Part shown: positions 1 to 10,074 of the stretch, piece after piece
Layout: each line of letters begins with the position of its first letter
Position numbering within the stretch: position 1 is the stretch's first letter
NCBI GenBank assembly: GCA_012295275.1
Contig: CM022667.1
Coordinates: 1,736,001 to 1,800,000, forward strand
Origin: Chrysomallon squamiferum
Taxonomy: Eukaryota > Animalia > Mollusca
Direction: 5' to 3'
Length of the DNA stretch: 64,000 nt
Made by a program: the position numbers and the translations under genes
The notes under the pieces: model-generated
Database searches by the model: none
What the model saw: the letters and a program-made list of their open reading frames with translations, nothing else
Told to the model about the DNA's origin: nothing

Positions 1-124
1 AAAAAAAAAATTAAATAATCCCTTTACCCACTCAAAACCCCATAAAACAAAAAGCAGAAAAACAACAACAAAAAAATCCCCAGAAAAAAAAAAGAAAAAA
101 GAAAAATAAAAACATAATAAAAGG

Positions 125-427
125 AAAAAAAAAAATTCATAAAAGCCCAAGAACAAACAAAAACGAAACAAAAAACAACAACAGAAAATAATAATAATAA
201 TCATGATGAATGATAATACATAACTAAAACGATAATAATAATAATAATAATAAAAAAAATAATAATAAAAGATTAAATTAACTAAGAAATAAATAAAAAA
301 TAAATAAATAAATAATACAAAAAATAATAACAAAAAAAAAAAAAGGAAAAAAAAAAAAATTAAGAAAAGCCCAAGAACAAACAAAAACGAAACAAAAAAC
401 AAACAACAAAAACAAAATAAATAAATA

Positions 428-469
<42 letters not shown>

Positions 470-551
470 CATAATTATAAAAATGATGAAGACGATGATG
501 ATGATGATCATAATAATAATAATAATAACAATAATGGTAATAATAATAATG

Positions 552-617
<66 letters not shown>

Positions 618-620
618 GAT
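125..620. repeat. Low-complexity A-rich/(AAT)n region with a short duplicated unit
   Basis: AAAAGCCCAAGAACAAACAAAAACGAAACAAAAAACAA occurs at ~141 and ~366, embedded in (AAT)n tracts. Confidence 0.8.
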
Positions 621-1462
621 TAAAATAAATACATAAATAAATAAATAATAAATAATAAAAATATAATAAAAACCACCAACAGCATACTAAAACTGGAAAT
701 TTAAAAACCGGGAAACAAATTGGAAACTTAAGACACATACAATTTGCTTGAAACACTATCACTCAGGAAAAACATGCTTGGATCTCTTTGAGACAACACT
801 TGAGTAACACCAAATACAACTTTATTATATAACTTTAAAAAAAAAAAAAAAAAAAAAAATAAAATAGAGACCCCCCAAAAACTCAAAAACGTATTTGTGA
901 GAGATATACATGTCGCTGCAGTTGGTTTTAACGATACTTTTATTATAATCAAGAGTATCAGTGACACTAGAGTTCGTCTTAGCTCAGTAGCTGCTGATGT
1001 TTTTCTTTGAATTATACTTGACGGTGGTAAGCTCGTCTGTCTATGCATTTATGATACAGTTGTTCACTGTTTGTTTTGTTTTTTTAAACAAACATATTGA
1101 GAAGAAAGATATATGTGTACACAAAGCAGTTGGAAAAACCAAGTGACGTCGTAAGAAAAAATACAAATATATAGAACTCTTGTGCACATAAAGATTCAGA
1201 ATCTTCTCCCAGGGTTTGGTTCTATCTTTTCGTGTTTTTTTTTTTTTTTTTTTTTTTGTTTTTTTGATTATCAAGCTCCATGGTATACCCATTCCTGTTT
1301 GCATCAAGGTGCATATTATATATTGCATATATACACACATATGTGCATATATATATATATATATAAGAAAATAATAATAATAAAAAACAGAGATAAATAC
1401 GTAAAAAAAAAAAAACAGTGCACAAAACAAAGAAACAGACGTTTTCTTTAGTCATGTGAATA

Positions 1463-2364
1463 TCACGACGAAAAGAAGCCGTATTTTAAATTACCACTCC
1501 CGTCTTGATACGATTCTCCAGGGTCAGGGAAAGTGAACGCTGGGTACAGTTCGTAGGGCGGGGGCGCAGGAGGCAGGGGACAGCTGACTAGGGGAGAAGA
1601 AGGCTCGTTCTCTAAACACGGATCGAACGGTGCTGACGCCTGTAGAGGAATGTCAATAGGCAGAGACTGTTTTCTCACGTGGGGTATCAAATTTGGCACA
1701 ATCATGTTTTTGCACAGATCATTGCACGTGTGTCGGTCGAACGCAACCACGACGCCGACGTCGCCGTTGTCGCATTTGCCAAAACGTTTGTGGTGCGAAT
1801 GAATCACGGGCGTGTTGAGCTCGAAACCGGACTCGGTCGCCATTCCTTTCAGGTCACAAATAACCAAGTCACCGGCGGTGTAATCGTAACTGAAATGCAC
1901 AAAGGCTTGCATGATGTCAGGAGCGTGCCGACATGGACTGCCCGATTTCGAAACCCAGCGGTGGAAATGTTTCTTCATGTTTTTGGTAATCAAAACCCAT
2001 TCATTGTCGGAAAGTTTCTTCTTGTCCAAAGAAAACCAGCTGAGAACTGCGACTCGATCGACGACAGCCTTCAGCGGCTTGCAGAAACTGATCTTTTCCT
2101 TGATCCGTACTGCGAATTAAAAACACACGCCAGTTTTTCAGCCGTTGTGTACTTCAGTATTTCCATATCGCACAGCTCTTCTGTTCCGAATTCGTGCTTA
2201 AAGGCTTTGACGACAGCTTTCTGTCCGGCCCGAGGCCCGTTCCCGTTCAGGACTCCTGCGTGAGAATTCTTTTTTGAGCCTTTCGAAAAGCTGGTTGGTG
2301 AAAAGCTGGCCCAGTATCTGCAACCGTCGACGTCTGGACTCGATGACAACGTCTCAGAATCCAT
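1463..2364 (-). CDS. Alpha-kinase-fold protein (vwkA/eEF2K-like domain), probable pseudokinase; intronless CDS split by one -1 frameshift at ~2072-2116 (~300 aa if restored)
   Basis: ORF 2364-2071 gives the N-lobe (ASFSPTSFSKG...KAVVKAFK...AEKLACVFN). The overlapping frame continues KISFCKPLKAVVDRV...EWVLI...QAFVHFSYDYTAGDLVICDLKG...LNTPVIHS..RFGKCDNG.VG...HTCNDLC, matching the alpha-kinase C-lobe (AFxHF, DLxG, FG..G, HxCNxxC zinc site). One extra A in the coding-strand GGAAAAG run (+ strand T-run 2094-2097) joins the two frames. Confidence 0.85.
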
Positions 2365-3531
2365 GATAATTTATTTATGTCTAGTAGATTTAAAAAGTAA
2401 TATAAGTTTCTGGATTTTATACAACAATTTTCTATTATGAATTAATCGATTTTTGTACCCTAAAAAGAAGGTATCTAATGAAACAATTCCGGTTTTGTTC
2501 TTGATTAACTAGACGATTATAAAAAAACAAAATTTCGGTAACTTGCATTAGTTTCATTTTAAAACTGGATTATCAAAGTCTAACAGGAAAAAAAAATTAA
2601 AAAATACTTATGGGATGAAGTTAACGTCTAATGAAATATCTTCCTGGGTAATTTCTGTTTATACTAAATGTGTCCTACCATAATTCAGAACGATCAGTTT
2701 TTTTCCCCATCGGCACCATATTCCGCAACACTATTTTTGTTCACGTCGAAACAGAGAGAATGAAACGTTTAGAATTCAGATTTGATCATTCCATCGTCAA
2801 ATGTTGCTGTCACATTGTCGTTCTAATTAATTCCACTCGTGGTTTCCTTTTGTCAAAGCTGAAACCCAAAATAAAAAATCTTCATGTTAGCTGCATTTAC
2901 CGCAGACGTAGTGTTATTCAAATTGTCTGTTCTGACGATAAGATGAAATACATACAATTTTTTTTGTAGTTCGATACACAATCTTTGCTTACATGGCTTT
3001 TCGTATTTGTCATTTATCTTAGTCTTGCAGTAACACGACAAATTATTTATCTTCATCACATTTATTCCACAATAGAATTATTATTTACTCTTTCACTTCT
3101 TTTCGTTTCTGATTTGTTTTGTTTTATTTGTTAGTTCTAAGCAACACTCGTAATTCTTATTCTTACTTACTTACTGGTTACTTCACAGAAGTCGCGTTCC
3201 TTTTTCATTTGTATTCAAAGCTAATCAAGAACAGCGCATCATTTTTCTTCTTACCTTTTTTTTGTTCTTCTTCTTCACAATATCAGCTATATCCATTTAT
3301 TGTGAAATGATTGGTAAAATGAAATGCGTGTAAGAGAAACAAGGACTTTAATGAGTTCTTCGCGCTGATTGTCCTAAAGAGGACGTATTTAAATTATTTC
3401 CGTGTCGACTAGCAAGGAAGCTGCTTACGTCACACTTCTGAGACTCTTTTTGATTTAGTCCCGCCTCCCCTTCTTACCTTCTCTCTCTCCATTTATTTCC
3501 TCTCTGACTTTCTATCCTTTATTTCAGTTTA

Positions 3532-3533
<2 letters not shown>

Positions 3534-3599
<66 letters not shown>
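3534..3599. repeat. (CT)n microsatellite
   Basis: Perfect dinucleotide run. Many others exist: (CA)n ~6992, ~12150, ~12474, ~33825, ~58920; (CT)n ~16994; (GA)n ~18050; (AAT)n throughout. Confidence 0.95.
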
Positions 3600-3604
<5 letters not shown>

Positions 3605-4465
3605 AATAAACACACACTAACACATTTATGTATATATATTCACATATCGCTATACACACATAATATATATTACTATATATTACTACGTATAATGTATATC
3701 AGATTACAAAAATACACCAAAAAAACCAACAAAAAAAACAGGCATAGTATGGCTTTTGTCTCTTCTGGGGGTGGGTGTGGATGCCTGTGTTTGTATGAGT
3801 TTTTGTACTTTTGTACTTTTTATGCTCTTCATCAGGAATAGGAAGAGTTTGCTCAAATAGGAAAAGGAGAAAAATCCTATATTTTTCCGTGGAAAATTCC
3901 AGATTCATATACAAGCATAAAAGCTGTCTTGAAAATCACTATGATACTTTAAAAAATGAATATTTAAAAGGTAGATGGCATTATGTATAATAAACATAAT
4001 ATTTTAAACACGCCATACTGAGTCATTATATTTTGTTGTACAGATGAATGAACCTTCGCTGCAGCAAACTAGCAGACAATATTCTGCGTTGTGGTCGCAG
4101 TTGATTACAACATGGCGATTCTTACGTAAAATTGTTTTGATTTACTTCCATTTTTCACTCTCATTCTAAGTCCATACCTATCGTACCATAATCAGAATAC
4201 TACCTGGGTAAAAACCTAAAAAACTAACTACTTCCTATACACACCCTTTTACACTTACAAGCACACACACTCGTAGACACACACACACACACACACACAC
4301 ACACATTAACATAAACAAACACAAATACGCACACATAAACACTCAACTTCCTTACCTTTTTCTCTCTGTCTCATTCAGACGTTTGCACACCCGAACATGT
4401 AAATATAACTTCTACATGTACGCACATACATATATAATACAAACATACATACTATATACATATAT

Positions 4466-4501
<36 letters not shown>

Positions 4502-5304
4502 TACACACACACAGCTGCATTTGACGGGCTTGTGAGGTCGTATCAGAAATTTGTCTCTGCGCCAGAGAGTTGTCGAATATTATCTAAGTGCATAGTGCAT
4601 ATGATTATCAATCCATACAATACTTAAACGCACACATCTGTCCGTTATCTTTGACCTACAGAGAATACCGAAACGCCATCTATTTATTTAATATAAACTA
4701 CACGTACGACCTTCCACGTATTTCCTTTAGTATTTTCCTCGGGAATCGAATGAGCTGCTAATGAGAATTCTACTTCAGAGCAGACTACACTGCCAAAACG
4801 TGCCACATATAAAAAAAAAAAAAAAAACAACAACTTGGCAATGTACTTAGTATGTGACAATAGAGCTCAGTAGATGTCTTTGATAGTGTCAGTCTTATTT
4901 GATTGACTTAGAACATTTTAATATAACTTGAATTTAATTTAACAGATTAATTTTAATATATATATTTGTTTTTTTCGTTAATTTTTTGTTTTGTTTTGGT
5001 TTTTAGCCACCATTCCAATCCGTCACCACAAAACCCTTCCCCATCAAAATCCCACCCAGAACCCCCCCAAAAAACCCACCTAAATGTTTTATTGCAGGTG
5101 TCTGTGTATTTTTGTCTCACTGGCTTACTGGTACTTGATCTATATAAATCTGATAAAATGAAGTATAATATGTTCTTAGTAATAATCAATTCCCAATAAA
5201 ATCATTCGATGAATTTCCGAGAAAACACAATATTATCAGCCGTGTAAAGACACAGTATAAAAGTGATTGTAAAACGATTGTACGATTGCATACTAAGGGG
5301 ATTT

Positions 5305-5476
5305 AATGTGTTGTTCTAAGAGAGGAAATATGTTTAACTCGTACGTCTTGTGTGTTTAATGCATACTGCAACAGGTATGTAAAATATTATTTTGTTTATT
5401 ATATGTGGATTGATTATATCTATTACCAAATCTTTTTATTACGCGTGCGTGTACGTGCCTGCATGTGTCTAATAAA

Positions 5477-5512
<36 letters not shown>

Positions 5513-5535
5513 CTGGGGTGTTGTTAAAATTGTAA
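5305..5535 (+). repeat. Diverged direct repeat, copy 1 (~230 bp; partner ~7405-7652)
   Basis: Shared blocks AATGCATAC..CAAC.GGTATGTAAAATA, GATTATATCT.TTACC, GCGTGTACGTGC, TGTCTAATAAAATTA-(TTA)n-ATCTGGGGT appear in the same order in both copies. Confidence 0.85.
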
Positions 5536-5764
5536 TATATATATATATATATATATATATTTTTTAATCTTTTAAAAAAAAAAAATTATATTTTATTTTA
5601 ATATACATGATACTTGTTTTATTTTAAATGCATTTTTTTTTTTTTAAATAAAAGATACAAAATTGCGTTGATCTGTTAATGATAACTTAGAGATGATATA
5701 CGCACAGATACATCAGCTGTCTGGAATTCACAATAATTAATTGTTTTTAAGGGCTCGGAATATC

Positions 5765-6595
5765 ATGGGCTTCCTATCAGAAAATTCAACTTGCTGTAGC
5801 ACCAACGACAATCTGCTACCCAGATTTGCGCATTTCAATTCCGGTGTTTCGCGTACTGGAAAGCACACGTTACTCTTCAAAGGACATCTTGACGGCAAAG
5901 GTCAGATAGCCAGGGTAAAGATCATGGTCAAAGCTGGCAGAGGGACGAAGTGGGACGAGTCGCACTGCAAGAGGGTGGTGTCTAGGTGTGAGAGGATCAA
6001 ACAGCTGTGTCAGATGTTTAACGGTTACAAGTTCGTCGACGCGAAGTTGAAAACAATCGTTCCGCGCATGGCCTTGATGGACGAAGTGGCCAGCCGTCGA
6101 CTGCGATGCGACGAGTGGGTTTTGTTCGAAGAACGCGTCAGAGAGAAGTTCGAGACCTTTCTGCACGAGAACGGCCTCGTCAAGGACGAGAAACACGCCT
6201 GGCTGCGACTGTTCGTTCACTTCACGTACGCGGCGACACGCGGGGAGCTCGTGGTGTCGCGACTCAGGGGAGCTCACTCTGGAAACGTCTACGCGATATC
6301 CGAGCCCGCGGTGCATTCGAGGGACGGACGCTTCGGCGAGTCGGACGAAGGTCTGAGTGGAATCCGGTCCGTTTTCGGGAATCACAGGTGTTGTAAGCTT
6401 TGTAGAGACTGGCCCAGGCCCGACGTGGACGAAACCAGACGATGTGAAGGTCAGACGCTGTATCCAACATTAGCTTCGCACAAAGACGCTGATGTCAGCA
6501 GCACCGATTCTGTCTTTTCTGAGCCACCTCCAGAGTATTCTCAGATCTATGGTAACGAGAGGGATTGGGGCGTGAGGCGGGTGCCACCACAGTGA
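5765..6595 (+). CDS. Alpha-kinase-fold protein, paralog of the gene at 1463-2364, probable pseudokinase (276 aa, intronless CDS)
   Basis: Open, GC-rich frame from ATG 5765 (ATCATGG context, same as the paralog). Motifs: MVK...MFN...EWVLFEE...LFVHFTYAATRGELVVSRLRG...ISEPAVHSRDGRFGESDEGLSGI..VFGNHRCCKLC, followed by a tail with LYPTL and PPPEY. A possible 5'UTR intron runs from CAG|GTATGT at ~5374 to TTTTTAAG| at ~5751. Confidence 0.88.
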   Translation: MGFLSENSTCCSTNDNLLPRFAHFNSGVSRTGKHTLLFKGHLDGKGQIARVKIMVKAGRGTKWDESHCKRVVSRCERIKQLCQMFNGYKFVDAKLKTIVPRMALMDEVASRRLRCDEWVLFEERVREKFETFLHENGLVKDEKHAWLRLFVHFTYAATRGELVVSRLRGAHSGNVYAISEPAVHSRDGRFGESDEGLSGIRSVFGNHRCCKLCRDWPRPDVDETRRCEGQTLYPTLASHKDADVSSTDSVFSEPPPEYSQIYGNERDWGVRRVPPQ

Positions 6596-6990
6596 CTGAA
6601 TGAGACAGCAGTGTAGATACGTAAATAGGTTTATGGACAGATTGACAAACAGGGAATGGTTTTGTTTTTTTGTTTTTTTTTTAAATTCGGTTCACGAAAT
6701 TATGTCTTACACCACTAACACACACACACACACAAAAAAAAAAAAAATGGATTTGCCCTTGCTTAGAGTAAAATATATGACCGAACCAATTAACAGTTGT
6801 CTACTGTGAACTGCTGTAATTGCTGCAGAAAATATTCGAGATGAATATCGGTTAAGGAGGGAAGCTGACATAAAGAGTAAAGTTTTGTTATTTAGGATTG
6901 CATTAAGAACTAAGCATTCCATTTTATTATTATCTTTGTTTATTTTTATGTTTTTGTTTTGTTCACCATAATTTACTTTTATCTATCGAA

Positions 6991-7046
<56 letters not shown>

Positions 7047-7404
7047 CTGTATATATTTGTTGTGTGTGTATATGGTTACATAAACACTTCTAGTGTGACA
7101 TAAGCTCTGACAATATCTGACACGCAATCATCAAAAATAAAGTAACACGCTTGTGATGTAATCTGAACGAGGAAGAAGATGATTTGGGAACTACGCTTTA
7201 CTGAAACCAATGTACGAACATGAGGTAAGGAACAAAGCAGTCACATTTTTTCCCATGCCCTTAAAAATGTACATGTCATACATATTTATATACATATATA
7301 CTAAAAACAAATTCACTCTTTAATGAGTAACTGTTTGCGGAAATAAAAAGAGAAAGAAGAAGAAGAAGAAGACTATTCCTCGAGAAGCCATAAAATTGCG
7401 TAAT

Positions 7405-7596
7405 AAATGTTTTGTTTTAAAAGAGAAAGTATTTTTAATTGATACGTCATGTGTGTTGAATGCATACCTCAACTGGTATGTAAAATAAAATAGTTTCTTT
7501 TTTAATCACACAAACAATACACGTAGACTGATTATATCTGTTACCGTATATTTTAATTGTGCATGCGTGTACGTGCGTGCGTGTCTAATAAAATTA

Positions 7597-7630
<34 letters not shown>

Positions 7631-7652
7631 CTGGGGTTTTGTAAAAAGTTGC
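7405..7652 (+). repeat. Diverged direct repeat, copy 2 (partner ~5305-5535)
   Basis: Same ordered blocks as copy 1. The two copies bracket the second alpha-kinase CDS. Confidence 0.85.
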
Positions 7653-7874
7653 TATTTTTTTTGGAAAATGTTAATAAATGTATGACATATTTTTGATATC
7701 ATTTGATGACGCTATTCATGTTAAGCGTTGTTAGTTCACAGTGTTTATAACGTATTATACAGAAAGACATGTTAGTGAATATCTGTAATCTGATAAAACT
7801 TTTAACTTGAAAAGATCCCTCCATTTATTCAGTGTTTGACAATTCAAAAATAATCATTATCTATCTGTCTATAA

Positions 7875-7911
<37 letters not shown>

Positions 7912-9337
7912 TCTATCTCTCAGTCTGTCTGACTGTCTGTCTGTCTTTATTTATTTAAAAATTATATTCATTTATTTTGACAAAAAATTATTTGTTCTAA
8001 ATTTTATTATTTAAAGAAACAAAAAGAAAGAAAGAGAGAAAGAAAAATTTAAAAAAAAAAAAAAGATTATACAGAGACGTTCCAGAGATTGAGAGATACG
8101 GTAAACACTATTTCTGAGATTTCGAGAATTTTCGTGTAATTAACGAGTGAAATAAAAAATTGTATTACTAAAATGTCCAGTCTTTGAAATCTGATGAAAT
8201 ATCAAACTTTGAATATTACAATAGTTCGCCGGTTCTCCCTAGGTGATTGTGTTTAAAAGAATAAACTAGAAAATATATTAATAAAATATATTTCAGAGCT
8301 CACGCCATTTTTTGAAATAAATTGCTACTTATGTACTTACCTTTTTAGTAAGCTGTATGTCAGAACAGTAAATCCACAAAGTGTCGATGAATTTTATATG
8401 ACGTCAGAATGCATGTATTGAATTCTTTACCACTTTTAAGACGAAATGAAATTCTTCTTTTGCTGCTGCTGCTGCTGTTGTTGCTGCTACTTCTGCTGTT
8501 GCTACTACTGCTACTGCTGCTATTACTACATTCCTAATTATTATTATTATTAGTGATAGTAATAGTAGTAGCAGCAGCAGTAGTGGTAGTAGTAGTAGCA
8601 GTACTAATAGTAGTAGTAGTAGTAGTAGGAATAGTAATAGAGTAGTAGTAATAGTAGTAGTAGTAGTAGTAGTAGTAATGGTAGAAGAAGAAGTTATGGT
8701 ATTGTGTATAGTAGTAATAGTCACAGTAGTAGCTGTAGAAGAAATAGTTGTAATCGGAATTGTAGCAGCAACAGTAGAAGTAGTAGTAGTCGTTGTTGTG
8801 GCTGTCTCGCAGACAGCTCTATTTATCTATCTACATTTACATTAACACGTTTCCTTATTGGTGTCGTGCAATGTAATGTATTCCAGTCATTAATCATTTT
8901 ATACATATTACACACACACACAAAAAAAAAAGATCCCTCAATGAACAGGCACAATAACTTTGAGAGGAAAATAAACAATCTGTAAACATGTGCTTAAATC
9001 TGTCAGTCTTTATATTTATTTATTTATTTCTTCAAAAGTTCTTGTCGTAAAGTTATTAGATTTCCTGCCTCTTCAACAAAAATACAAAAAGATATATTAG
9101 CCATTTGTCGCGAAAGGACTCAACATGTTTGTTTGAGTTCAAACGTTTGGTCGATGAATGTAGAGTGACTCATTTTAAATTGTGTTCTCTTCTGGGTTGT
9201 CCGGGAAGAGGTTTTTAAAAGAATATATAAACACTACAAAACGTGACTCCATATATACATAAAGTTGATAAATAAAATTAAAAAAAGTATCAGTTTATAG
9301 AGGAAAAATATGGATGGTTAAATCATAATAATAATAA

Positions 9338-9387
<50 letters not shown>

Positions 9388-9477
9388 GTACTAGTACTAC
9401 TACTAGTACTACTACTACTTTTTAAAATAATAATAGTATTATTAGTAGTAGTAATAATAGTATTAATTAAACGTTAT

Positions 9478-9905
9478 ATATGTATGTATGTATGTATGTG
9501 TGTGTGTGTATGTATATATGTGTGTGTGTATGTATGTATGTATGTATGTATGTATGTGTTTGTGTGTATATGTATGTATGTATGTATGTGTGTGTGTGTG
9601 TATGTATGTGTTTGTGTGTGTATGTATGTATGTATGTATGTGTATATGTGTGTATGTATGTATGTGTTTGTGTGTGTATGTATCTATGTATGTATGTGTA
9701 TATGTATGTATGTATGTATGTGTTTGTGTGTGTATGTATGTATGTATGTATGTGTATATGTATGTATGTATGTGTTTGTGTGTGTATGTATGTATGTATG
9801 TGTATATGTATGTATGTATGTGTTTGTGTGTGTATGTATGTATGTATGTATGTGTATATGTATGTATGTATGTATGTGTTTGTGTGTGTATGTATGTATG
9901 CGTGT
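9478..9905. repeat. Compound (TATG)n/(TG)n microsatellite with higher-order periodicity
   Basis: Recurring TATGTATGTGTTTGTGTGTG blocks; these explain the three spurious ORFs at 9480-9942. Confidence 0.95.
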
Positions 9906-9953
9906 AATACTTAGCTTACTACTAATAATTATATTTTTGTAGTAATTGTATAG

Positions 9954-10007
<54 letters not shown>

Positions 10008-10036
10008 GTAACCGTATCATAACATTAACAACAACC

Positions 10037-10074
<38 letters not shown>

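Noticed and set aside
278-1455. Poly-Ile/Leu/Phe/Lys ORFs (also at 8404, 18395-18774, 30342, 59246-59648 and elsewhere)
   Set aside because: Translations of (AAT)n, (AGT)n, (AAG)n and poly-A/T tracts with no coding signal.
2110-2125. TTTTTAAT as a programmed -1 frameshift site
   Set aside because: Does not fit X XXY YYZ in the reading frame, and a -1 slip there lands on a TAA stop.
1679-2263. 194-aa plus-strand ORF, and antisense/alternate-frame ORFs at 5870-6470 and 12904-13593
   Set aside because: Shadows of real GC-richer CDSs on the opposite strand or frame; no independent motifs.
5765-5800. N-terminal MG...CC as a myristoylation/palmitoylation signal on alpha-kinase 2
   Set aside because: Residue 6 is Glu rather than Ser/Thr and the paralog lacks Gly2; too weak to claim.
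5765-6595. Horizontal transfer or viral origin of the GC-rich intronless kinase genes
   Set aside because: Alpha-kinases are native to animals, a probable 5'UTR intron exists, and lack of methylation can explain the CpG richness; no viral or mobile-element genes are adjacent.
9480-9942. Three overlapping Cys/Val/Met/Tyr-rich ORFs
   Set aside because: Stop-free (TATG)/(TG) microsatellite.
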